A model generated the notes under the pieces. It was given only the letters and a program-made list of their open reading frames with translations. It was not told the DNA's origin and did not search any database. A stretch of 32,618 nt of DNA, taken from Trichomonas gallinae. Its lineage: Eukaryota. The stretch is taken from NCBI GenBank assembly GCA_008369845.1, contig MRSU01000274.1, forward strand, positions 1-32,618, read 5' to 3'. Positions within the stretch are counted from its first letter, which is position 1, and the number at the start of each line of letters is the position of its first letter. This document shows positions 20,190 through 29,431 of the stretch, one piece after another. The translations under genes were made by a program, and so were the position numbers.

Positions 20190-20510
20190 AAACATTAAAG
20201 TTATTCGTATGCTTTTAATACCTCATTTTATCATGCAAATGGAGAATTCTAATCAATTCAATAATATTGAAAATTTTTAAAAATGTGATTAAATCACATT
20301 CTTCGTTCGTTATCTGTCTAATTTTTTGTCCTAGAGACAGACAACAAGCATAAATAGATAGATTTTCCGTTAAAACTATTGACTTTTTAATTTATTAACA
20401 AATATATAGGAGAAATCTTTTTGGTTCTCTATTTCTTAAATACATTTTCGCTAATTATGCTGTGGAATGCTAAAATAGATGGTTTTTTTTGGCTCAATTA
20501 ACAATCAATA

Positions 20511-21050
20511 TAATTTCTTATGAAAACAAAAGAAATCTTCCTGTAATAATGTAAGGCACATTGGAGAGATTTCGTAGTAATGAAGAAATTGATTATCGTT
20601 TGTTCAATATTGAGCAAATTTCGTGTGAATGTCTTAGGAATTCTTTCATGATATACAACACAAGGCAAAGCTTTAATGTATAGGTAGAATTTTGTATAAC
20701 AACTGAATGAAGAATTCACTGATATAAATTCGTGTGAAATCCAAGGAAATGTGATACTAATGTATAATTCAAGGCAGATCTTTTATAGTGAAGAAGAAAA
20801 GTATTGCATTGCTCAATAAAGATTTCAATATAAAAATTTCGTGTGATAGCTTTGGAAATCCTTTAATGATATACAATACAAAGAAAGAGATTTAAAATAA
20901 AAGCGGAATTTGGTTAAACTGTTCAAAGAAGCTTGAATCGAGATAATTTCGTGTGGAAGCCTTGGAAACCCATTAATGAAAAGCAACAAAAGGCAAAGCA
21001 TTAATATATAGGTAGTATGAATTAAACAGCTGAAAGATGAATGAAATGGT
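20511..21050. repeat. Degenerate ~109-bp tandem repeat (4 clear units + 1 decayed)
   Basis: TCGTGTG at 20621, 20730, 20839 and 20949; AAGGCA at 20553, 20662, 20771, (20880 variant) and 20990. Confidence 0.85.
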
Positions 21051-21054
21051 ATTA

Positions 21055-21088
21055 AAAGTGACACGTTAAGGAACATAGAAAAGTGACA
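21055..21088 (+). promoter_or_regulatory. Two AAAAGTGACAC (trichomonad motif 2) elements before the bromodomain gene
   Basis: Two exact copies within about 45 bp upstream of ATG 21100. Confidence 0.65.
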
Positions 21089-21099
21089 CCATCAGGGAA

Positions 21100-21570
21100 A
21101 TGTCGTTGAGCAAGTTCCAACTTACCAAGTGCTTACAGATTATCGAAAAACTTATTTCTTGGCAGATCTGCTCACCATTCGTCGAGCTTGTCGACCCAGA
21201 GCGTGACGGAGCCCCCGATTATTTAGATATTATCAAAAAACCAATGGCGTTACGTGAGGTTCAAAAGAAATTAAATGATGGAGCTTATAGTAATCTTGAT
21301 CAATTTAAGGATGATGTTGACTTAATTTGGTCAAACGCCCAACAATATAATGGTCAAGATACATTATTCACTCATATGGCACTCGAAGCCCGTCAGTGGT
21401 TTAACGAGAAAATGAAACGCTTCCCAAGCACCCCAGAAGAAGAGTGGACAAGAAAGATTCAGAGAACTACTCAGAAACTTTTAGGCGTTCTTTTACATCC
21501 ACCGCAAGAATTAGATCCAAATGGTAGCCTCACAGCTAGCCACGCCGATGAAGATAAATCTACAGCATAA
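21100..21570 (+). CDS. Bromodomain-containing protein
   Basis: PFVELVDP..GAPDYLDIIKKPMAL...DVDLIWSNAQQYN (conserved Asn); stop overlaps TAAA. Confidence 0.93.
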   Translation: MSLSKFQLTKCLQIIEKLISWQICSPFVELVDPERDGAPDYLDIIKKPMALREVQKKLNDGAYSNLDQFKDDVDLIWSNAQQYNGQDTLFTHMALEARQWFNEKMKRFPSTPEEEWTRKIQRTTQKLLGVLLHPPQELDPNGSLTASHADEDKSTA

Positions 21571-21929
21571 AAAGTTTATAATGTATTACTGTAAACGGAA
21601 TAAATTAATTTTCCTCCGATAACAACATAGCTGTTATACTGTGACTACATACTCAAACTAATTGGCCTATTCTCTTGGATTTTAATTTATATTTTATATT
21701 TACGTCAATGTTTTAGAATAAGTCTAAAATAACAATATTTACTTGTGAGTAAGCAAAAATATTTAGACAATTTGCTATCAATCACAAAATTTATTTTTTA
21801 TAATTTTTAATGCTGGTAATTAGCAAATTTATAGGTTATTATTGAAGATAAATTTATGAAAGTATTATAATGTATAAATATGAGGTAGAAATTACAATAA
21901 TAAAACACTTTTACAAATAATTATCGAAA

Positions 21930-22373
21930 TTACTGATTAAGCAATATATGAACAAATTTTTTGTAGTCAACCAAGTTATTCCATGGCTTTGTTTGTGTAA
22001 CGAGCTCGTCGATTTGAGCATCAGTAAATGGCCTCTTGATTGATGTTAAAACATTCTTGATATCCTTTGTTGGTATATAACCTGTTTCTTTTTCATCAAA
22101 TACATGGAATGCATCGATTAATTCTTGCTCAACATTACTATTTCTTGAGTGGCGATAAGAAATGTATAAGAAAGCGCTAAAAGAAATTGGTCTTCGTTGA
22201 ATATCTTCATAAATATCGGTCATTTCTGAAATACTAGGATTATATCCACAAGCCCTTAAAGCTCTTTCGATCAAATTAGGTTCAATGTATCCATCACCAT
22301 CTGTGTCGAAAGTGTCAAATGCTTCGTGGAGTGTTTGTAATTGTCTTGATGTGATAATCTGTGCTAAACTCAT
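21930..22373 (-). CDS. Calmodulin-like EF-hand protein
   Basis: 147 aa; EAFDTFDTDGDGYI, ELIDAFHVFDEKETGYI, VDYKKFV; the EF loops are partly degenerate. Confidence 0.88.
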   Translation of the reverse strand: MSLAQIITSRQLQTLHEAFDTFDTDGDGYIEPNLIERALRACGYNPSISEMTDIYEDIQRRPISFSAFLYISYRHSRNSNVEQELIDAFHVFDEKETGYIPTKDIKNVLTSIKRPFTDAQIDELVTQTKPWNNLVDYKKFVHILLNQ

Positions 22374-22773
22374 TCTGCCGTTTGTGTGACGATAAAACGG
22401 AAGAGTTTAGTTTACATGACAAATATTATATTAAAAACCTGTTTTGACACGTAAACTGTCAAAAATATATACCATTTTCATTTTATATAAAATAATGAGA
22501 TATAACTCTGAATACTGCAGTTTCTACTTTTTACTAATCAGCAGAATTGATTCATGAGATTAAAATCATATATATCATTTGAATATTTTGAATTATAATC
22601 AATTATCAAAAATGGTCTGACAAGTGCTAGAAAACTCTTAATTTGATCTAATACGATACATTTAGTTGGAAAAATTTTAATAATATACTTGAATATTTTA
22701 ATAAATAAAATTTTGCAATAAGTATTGTAAAAAATAAAAGGATTGAGATTTTCAATAGCAAATACAAACAATT

Positions 22774-23760
22774 TTACTTATAAACTGCTTCCCAAAAAAT
22801 ATCATCATCTTCATCTGGTTTGACAATTACTGGTGTGAAAATGCTCCAATCACTTGGGCACCATGTGGCAACGGAATTCCATGTTTGCCACAGCGCTGTG
22901 GCATCTGCTTCAGATGCGAGTTGAAAAGCATAAGATTGCTTTGTTCCAAGGACATCAACGACATTTTTCTCAGCTGGATACATTGAGGATTCAATGATCC
23001 ATGTATTTAACAACTTTGAAGAAATAATTAAATTATCTTCACGGAATAAAACAACACGATCTTCAAATATGAACAAATTTGCTGGGATATTTGATGGGGT
23101 AGTGACATGGAATCCTGACAAGCACCAAATCAATGGAGAATTCTTTGGAATGAAAACTTTTTGTTTATCACTGATTTTATATAACTTCGCAAGCTTTTCC
23201 TTGAATTGTTGAGCAACTCTAACATGTTTTGTTTCAAATTCAATCTTTTTAAGCTCAGATAAGCATTTTTGGTAAATTGAATAATATCCATCATCGATAG
23301 GAATAACTTCTAACACTTGTTTCCAAAAGACGGACCAAGATGCAACATATGTATATGGGAACATGAACCAATAGTTCAATGTTGAATTTTTTGAAGCAAG
23401 AACGTCTAAAAATGGCTTGTGCGACTTTGATTTTGAGATTTTTACGAGATCTGCAGTAGAAGGGAGATTTTCACTAAAGTTTTTGAATAATGTTTTAAGT
23501 TCTTCAAATGTTGAAAATTGGTCTACGATTGTATTAAGTGTTGGTGCATGTGCTTTAAAGAATTTTGTTTCGAAACTGATAATTTTCTTAACAAGATCAA
23601 CAAGAGTGGCAAATGAATTTGCGCAAACATTTCCTTCTTTTGTAAGTTCTTGGTAAAATGGTGTAAGAATCTCTAGGATTTGCTGAGCCATATCACATGT
23701 ACCAGCTGAAACATCAATTTGTAAATTAACTAAGTCTGTAATTTTTGAAACGGTATTCAT
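22774..23760 (-). CDS. Hypothetical protein, divergent DH-PH (RhoGEF-like) architecture
   Basis: LNYWFMFPYTYVASWSVFWKQVLEVIPIDDGYY resembles the DH CR3 region; LFIFEDRVVL...YAFQLASEADATALWQTW is PH-like. Confidence 0.6.
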   Translation of the reverse strand: MNTVSKITDLVNLQIDVSAGTCDMAQQILEILTPFYQELTKEGNVCANSFATLVDLVKKIISFETKFFKAHAPTLNTIVDQFSTFEELKTLFKNFSENLPSTADLVKISKSKSHKPFLDVLASKNSTLNYWFMFPYTYVASWSVFWKQVLEVIPIDDGYYSIYQKCLSELKKIEFETKHVRVAQQFKEKLAKLYKISDKQKVFIPKNSPLIWCLSGFHVTTPSNIPANLFIFEDRVVLFREDNLIISSKLLNTWIIESSMYPAEKNVVDVLGTKQSYAFQLASEADATALWQTWNSVATWCPSDWSIFTPVIVKPDEDDDIFWEAVYK

Positions 23761-23960
23761 ATATTGTCACTTTTATATTTTAAATAAGGTTAATATTCTC
23801 AAATCAATAATTTCTAGCGTAAACTATTATAACTGAGCTAACATAGAATGTAAACACGACAGAATATTCTAAAGCCCATCGGACAGTCTCAAGAAATGAA
23901 GCTCAAATCAAAGCTGTATTATTAAAATTGTTTTTATGATCATTTTTATTTGAGGAGGAA

Positions 23961-24070
23961 TTTGACAACTTCATGATGGCTCTATGCTTAATATACAACA
24001 TCTTTGATATAATCTCCTGCGTTGACAACTTTCATGATATATGATAATGAGTTTGACAACTTAATCAAAA
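23961..24070. repeat. ~30-bp period array of TTGACAACTT(T)CATGAT
   Basis: ACAAC cores at 23965, 23995, 24025 and 24056. Confidence 0.65.
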
Positions 24071-24358
24071 TGATATTCATCAAATTGAGATTAACTAACT
24101 AAATCTACAAGAATATGGTCGATAATAACGCTTTTTTATCGATGACAAAGTAGATATTTATATTTAAATACCAAATCCGGATTGATATCTTTTAGTTAAA
24201 AAATGATTTTTGACATGTAAATTATTTCTTTACATGGCATAATTACAAATTTTGATATTTCCCGCATAGTTATATTGCAAAAAGTGAATCTATTAGTATG
24301 CTTAATCCAAATCAGTAATTAAAAAATCTCAACAATTTAAAAAAAAACTCCAAAAAAT

Positions 24359-26611
24359 ATGGGCGACTTTGTGAAACAGCTCTCACAGCTGTCACAAAGC
24401 ATGGCGACGACAATGACCCTCAACAATCCGCCGTTCATTCATTGCTCAAAAATTAATGCTTTTAGTCAGCTTCTAAAAAAATTAGCCCCATTATTAGGAA
24501 CTTCAACGAAAAAAATTAACTGGGGCTTAAGTTCGGCAATGAAATCCGTAAACGACATACTTCACGAATTCAAACAGTTGCATTCTCAGTGTTTATACGA
24601 AAATTGTATTCATTATATATTAATAACGCCAATAAAAACCGCATACAACCAATTTACTGAAATGCTGAAGGAACTGAAGAAAGCTTTCGATCAATTAGGA
24701 GTCGCATCAGCTTTGCCGCTGATAGATCAAGCATTTGCAGATCTAGATCCGCAGGAAACTGTCGATTTAAAGAGAATTGCCGAAATATTCGTACAAATAC
24801 GCGAGAAAAACAGTAAATCATCGAGAAAAGATGTCCAGAAACAATTATTAGAAAGGACGACATCTTTAGAAAACCTCGGAATTCAATTTAACTACCAACC
24901 AGTTGATATAGTCGTTATACCAGAGCTGCCGAACTCGTTAAATCTCGTTTTGCAGCACGAAGACTTGGAATTTGGAAAACAAATCGGCGAAGGCATCAGC
25001 GGAAGGGTTTTGAAAGGCAGAATCAAGAGCACTGGAATGGTTGTTGCCATTAAAATCTTACACCTTCGTCAATTATCAGGTGCTGATATGGAAAGATTCA
25101 GAAATGAAATTTTTGCAATGTCAACGCTCAATCATCCATCATTGTTACCATTTTGTGGTTACACACAAGAAGCCCCTTACTGCCTTGCGACGAAATTCAT
25201 GGAGAATGGTTCTTTGTTCAGTATTTTGTCAACAAACCCTTCTTTTCTTTCTCCGACAGACAGAACATTGATAGCATACGATGTTGCGTGCGGTATGGAG
25301 TTTCTGCACTCCAGAGGTGTAATACACAGAGATCTCAAATCATTAAATATTTTATTAGACGAAAACAAAAGAGGAAAGATCTCAGACTTCGGATTCGTCA
25401 GGATGAAGTCTAGTGTTCCAATGACAGGCTTAGTTGGCACTTCTCATTGGATGGCTCCGGAAATATTGCTGAGTAGTCCAAATTACGACGAAAAAATCGA
25501 TATTTATAGCTACGGAATTGTTTTATGGGAGCTATTGACATCAGAGAAGCCATATGATAATGAAGATCCCAATACTTTGCCTCTAAAAGTTATTGAACAT
25601 AATTTAAGACCGAAAATACCAGATGGAACACCACAAAAGATCAGATCATTGATAGAGAAATGCTGGGCGGCGACTCCAGAGCAAAGACCTTCTTTCCACG
25701 ACATTATTAATTATTTCACAGATCCAGAATATCATTTTCCAGGCTCTGAGCGCTTTGTTTTGCTCAGAGAGACAGGTGCTGTCGTTTCTCACGCAAGAAC
25801 TGGCAGTGAAAACGAGTTTTTGAAGAGACCAATTCCAAGTATCAGGAGAAACATGAATATGAAGAGTGTATGCGTGTCCAAATCAGAGATAGGCACAACA
25901 CTCGTCAAGAGGATTGAAGATGCAATGAATCAAGGCCATATTGAAGCTTTTAGGAATTCAATTGCGACATTTCGATCAATGCTTGACATGAATAACATCT
26001 CATGGCCTGGAATTTCGCAGCAGTTCGTTAACCTTATACAACATGCACCACATAACTTCAAAGTCCAACTTGTTCAGCTTTTCTTCGAAATTATTTCTAA
26101 TACGAACCAATCTACGTTTTCAACGCCGAATTTGAGCTCCAAACAGCCAGAAACAGATAATATGGCAAGTTTGGTTATAATTCGCTTGTTAAATGATGAA
26201 GATCCGAATATTATCGAAATGTCTTTAACAATCTTATCTTTAACAGGCTCATCATGCATGAATACAGAAGATGTCATCAAAACACTCCTAGGATTCGTTA
26301 AATACGGCGATCAGAAGTTCAGAGTTAAAGCTTTGCACGCTCTTCTTGTTGGATGCACGACACAGTCACTTAAACCTCATCTTAACTCACTGCTGATGTT
26401 TGGAATGAGGAAATTACCACTGATGAGGCTTAGAACACTTCTTACAAAAACATTAGATATTCTCAATTCATCAGAAGCCTCTGAAATCGACAGCAAAGTT
26501 TTAGTTAAGCTTCAAGCAATACAACAAAACGCTCCACCTGAACTCAAAGACTTGTCCAACGAATGTATTAATACATACAATGATAAGAAAGATAATGCGC
26601 CACAATTTTAA
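24359..26611 (+). CDS. TKL-family protein kinase with N-terminal helical-bundle and C-terminal ARM-like regions
   Basis: GEGISG, VAIK, HRDLKSLN, DFG, GTSHWMAPE, CWAATPEQRPSF. Confidence 0.92.
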   Translation: MGDFVKQLSQLSQSMATTMTLNNPPFIHCSKINAFSQLLKKLAPLLGTSTKKINWGLSSAMKSVNDILHEFKQLHSQCLYENCIHYILITPIKTAYNQFTEMLKELKKAFDQLGVASALPLIDQAFADLDPQETVDLKRIAEIFVQIREKNSKSSRKDVQKQLLERTTSLENLGIQFNYQPVDIVVIPELPNSLNLVLQHEDLEFGKQIGEGISGRVLKGRIKSTGMVVAIKILHLRQLSGADMERFRNEIFAMSTLNHPSLLPFCGYTQEAPYCLATKFMENGSLFSILSTNPSFLSPTDRTLIAYDVACGMEFLHSRGVIHRDLKSLNILLDENKRGKISDFGFVRMKSSVPMTGLVGTSHWMAPEILLSSPNYDEKIDIYSYGIVLWELLTSEKPYDNEDPNTLPLKVIEHNLRPKIPDGTPQKIRSLIEKCWAATPEQRPSFHDIINYFTDPEYHFPGSERFVLLRETGAVVSHARTGSENEFLKRPIPSIRRNMNMKSVCVSKSEIGTTLVKRIEDAMNQGHIEAFRNSIATFRSMLDMNNISWPGISQQFVNLIQHAPHNFKVQLVQLFFEIISNTNQSTFSTPNLSSKQPETDNMASLVIIRLLNDEDPNIIEMSLTILSLTGSSCMNTEDVIKTLLGFVKYGDQKFRVKALHALLVGCTTQSLKPHLNSLLMFGMRKLPLMRLRTLLTKTLDILNSSEASEIDSKVLVKLQAIQQNAPPELKDLSNECINTYNDKKDNAPQF

Positions 26612-27398
26612 CACCCATCCAATTATATCAGTTCATACTATATTTATCATTGAAAATAACTTGATTTCGAAAATTAATTTATTGAAAATCAAGAGTTTCG
26701 AAGCAATCAATTGATGTATAATCTTTTTGACATGTTTGAAAAGATTTCTCTTTGATAATACGTCAAAAATCCAATAATTTTTAATATTATTTTGTTTGAT
26801 ATATTTATATACTTTTATTTACTTAGTAATAGTTTAAAATGTTTGTCTTTATACATAATATTCCATTATTTTTAGCAAACAATAAATTTTCTTTAACTAT
26901 TGATTAAATTTTATGTTTAAAAACATTATTTTTCTATATAAATATCAATAATAATTATAAATTTTCTATTTATTCATATGCCAGTATCTTCCATTTAAAA
27001 ATATAAAAATAAATCAATTCATCAAATATTTTATCCAAAATACTTGTTTTAGTACATGAGTACGCATAAATAAAAACGAATTATCTACTTATTAATATTT
27101 GACTGTGTTTTTATATAATATATAAAGATAATTAAAAGAATATAAAAATTGCATGTTTTATTGTATGATTACGCATAAAATAAATTTTAAAATGATATAA
27201 TAAGAATAAAACCAGAATAATATAACTATATCTCGCTAGAAAAAGATTTGGAAAATTAACGAAATACGATGTAAGAACAAGTTTTTCGCGACAAATATTT
27301 GCAAAAATAGTTGTTTATTCCAAAAATGCAATAAAAACTGAGACTTCGAAAACTTTAAAAAAATTAAAAACGTTCGGCGAAACGTGACAATTATAATA

Positions 27399-28007
27399 AT
27401 GAGCCAAGAAAATACTGAGCTCTTTCCAACAAGGAAGTATGCCAAGCCAGATGTTAAGCTTGTCCTCCTCGGCGACTCTGCCGTAGGAAAGACAAAACTC
27501 GTCGAACGCTTCCTCCTCAAAGATTATAATCCAATTACAAACTCTACATTCGCCCTCACACTCTATGAACACACAGAAAATCTCAGCGGAAAGGACGTAC
27601 AAGTCACTATTTGGGATACAGCCGGCCAGGGCTGCTTCGACGAACTTCACCCATCTTTCTTCTACGGCGCTGACGCAGCCATTCTCGTTTTCGACGCAAC
27701 AAGAAAGGAAACATACCAGCACTTAGAGTCATGGCACGCTCAGTTGATCAGCCAGCGTGGACAAATCCCAATCATCGTTGTTGTTAACAAGCAGGACCTC
27801 AACCCAACTATTACTCGTACACAGTTTAAGTGGGTAAAGGAGCATAACTATCCAATTTACTATACATCCGCTGCTAAGGGAACAAACGTCTTCCGCGTCT
27901 TCCAGGAAGCTATTAAACTCGGTTGGACACATAAGAACAACCCAGATGATGTTATGGGCGTTATTGTTGGTCTCCTTGCTAAGCAAGCTGAAGAATATAC
28001 GGAATAA
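27399..28007 (+). CDS. RABL2: Rab-like protein 2 (cilia/IFT-associated GTPase)
   Basis: LGDSAVGKTKLVERFL, STFALTLYEH, TSAAKGTNV and no C-terminal Cys are RABL2 signatures; first ATG at 27399; stop overlaps TAAA. Confidence 0.9.
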   Translation: MSQENTELFPTRKYAKPDVKLVLLGDSAVGKTKLVERFLLKDYNPITNSTFALTLYEHTENLSGKDVQVTIWDTAGQGCFDELHPSFFYGADAAILVFDATRKETYQHLESWHAQLISQRGQIPIIVVVNKQDLNPTITRTQFKWVKEHNYPIYYTSAAKGTNVFRVFQEAIKLGWTHKNNPDDVMGVIVGLLAKQAEEYTE

Positions 28008-28385
28008 AGAATTTTTTTTAGCAAACTTTTCTATAAAAATACGTTTACTTAACTACTTTACAGATCATCTTCTTGAAAACATTTGATTAAATCGAAAATA
28101 AAATACTTCAAATTTTTATTTTTAAGCGTCTTTTGAGAAATCGAGCTTAGTAACCTGATACACATGAGCTAATATGCATAAAGCTAAATTTTTGATTAAT
28201 GATCAAAAATATTTTCGAATCTTCAATTTTAGACTTAAATCAAAGTAAATTAGATGCCTTTTTCATATATCTTACCATTATCATATTCATTTTGTGTCTA
28301 TTTGCATTTGATAATAAAAAATATTTGATAAAATTTGGAGAAGAGAAATTTACAAACATGGCAAGTAACAAGAAGCGTAAAAAGC

Positions 28386-28910
28386 TTATTCGTTGTATTG
28401 ATTTAAGAAATTCATTGTTGAGTCAACGAATGTTGATAATTGATTAACTGTTTGAGATACATTTGAAGCCTTGACTTGTTTCTCTAAGGAGCTAATTTGT
28501 TCATCTAACTGATCAAATAACTGATTAACTTCATCAGGAATTTCGATAGGTTGATCCATATCAATGAAAGATAATTCAGGAAGCAGGCCATCTAAGTACT
28601 GATCTATCTTATTACGAATTGACTCTATAAATGCATTTTTGCGACCTTTAATTTGTTCTTGAAGGCGATAAGCTTGTTGTTGCATTTTTTCTATCTGTCC
28701 TTTGATTTGCTGGCCTTTAACCTCTTCAGCTGGTGTCTGAATAATTTTAACTCCTGTTCTTAATGTATTTTCGAATTGATTAACGACTTTATTTATATCA
28801 AATTCTGTTTCAGATGGTTCGCCAACAGCGTCTTTAATCGAATTCCTGAATATTTCTACTATGCTCATTAAATCGTCATTGGATATCTGTGGTAATGCTG
28901 TGGGCTCCAT
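28386..28910 (-). CDS. Hypothetical coiled-coil protein
   Basis: 174-aa Q/E-rich ORF; Inr TCATT immediately upstream (28911-28915, -). Confidence 0.75.
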   Translation of the reverse strand: MEPTALPQISNDDLMSIVEIFRNSIKDAVGEPSETEFDINKVVNQFENTLRTGVKIIQTPAEEVKGQQIKGQIEKMQQQAYRLQEQIKGRKNAFIESIRNKIDQYLDGLLPELSFIDMDQPIEIPDEVNQLFDQLDEQISSLEKQVKASNVSQTVNQLSTFVDSTMNFLNQYNE

Positions 28911-29431
28911 AATGACCGTTTAGAATTATTTTTGATTGTTTACATGACAAAAAATATTTTTCTTATTTACATGACATATTAAATTTTGAATATTTACAAA
29001 ATAAAAATCATATGTACAATTTGTAGCGTGTTTGCAGATCAAATACTTGCTGGTACAATATGCTAGCAAATATATATATAGAAATGATTTCTTATGCATT
29101 ATTAATTTGACAAAAAACTAAATTTTACAATATGAGTAGTAAATGGGAGTGCTAGGGCCTCAATCATATGAGTAAAGCTTCAGATTATTGTTGGGGATGA
29201 AATTTAGGCTATCAGTGCGCAGGGATTTTAATTTTCATTAGTTCCAAATACCTCTATTAACAATATAATTTATTAGAATAGCAATATCTATTCTCTTTCA
29301 TTTGATGCGTTTATTGAAACTTCTCTGCAGTAAACCTTGTTTATATTACATTACTTATATAGTAGACGTGTGGAAGAAAGATAAAAAATTAAATGAGTTA
29401 CAAAACAAAAAGAAAGTTAAAATTTATAACA

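Noticed and set aside
20511..21050. CRISPR array or coding repeat
   Set aside because: Eukaryotic context, no cas genes, degenerate repeats, 'spacers' homologous between units, and a period not divisible by 3. ORFs 20498-20719 and 20825-21076 look spurious.
22538..22771. Small AT-rich ORFs (also 1173-1370, 17050-17319, 28199-28447)
   Set aside because: F/I/K/N-rich low-complexity translations typical of intergenic DNA.
29140..29225. G-rich intergenic patch as a structured RNA
   Set aside because: Only short, wobble-heavy stems; not distinguishable from chance by eye.
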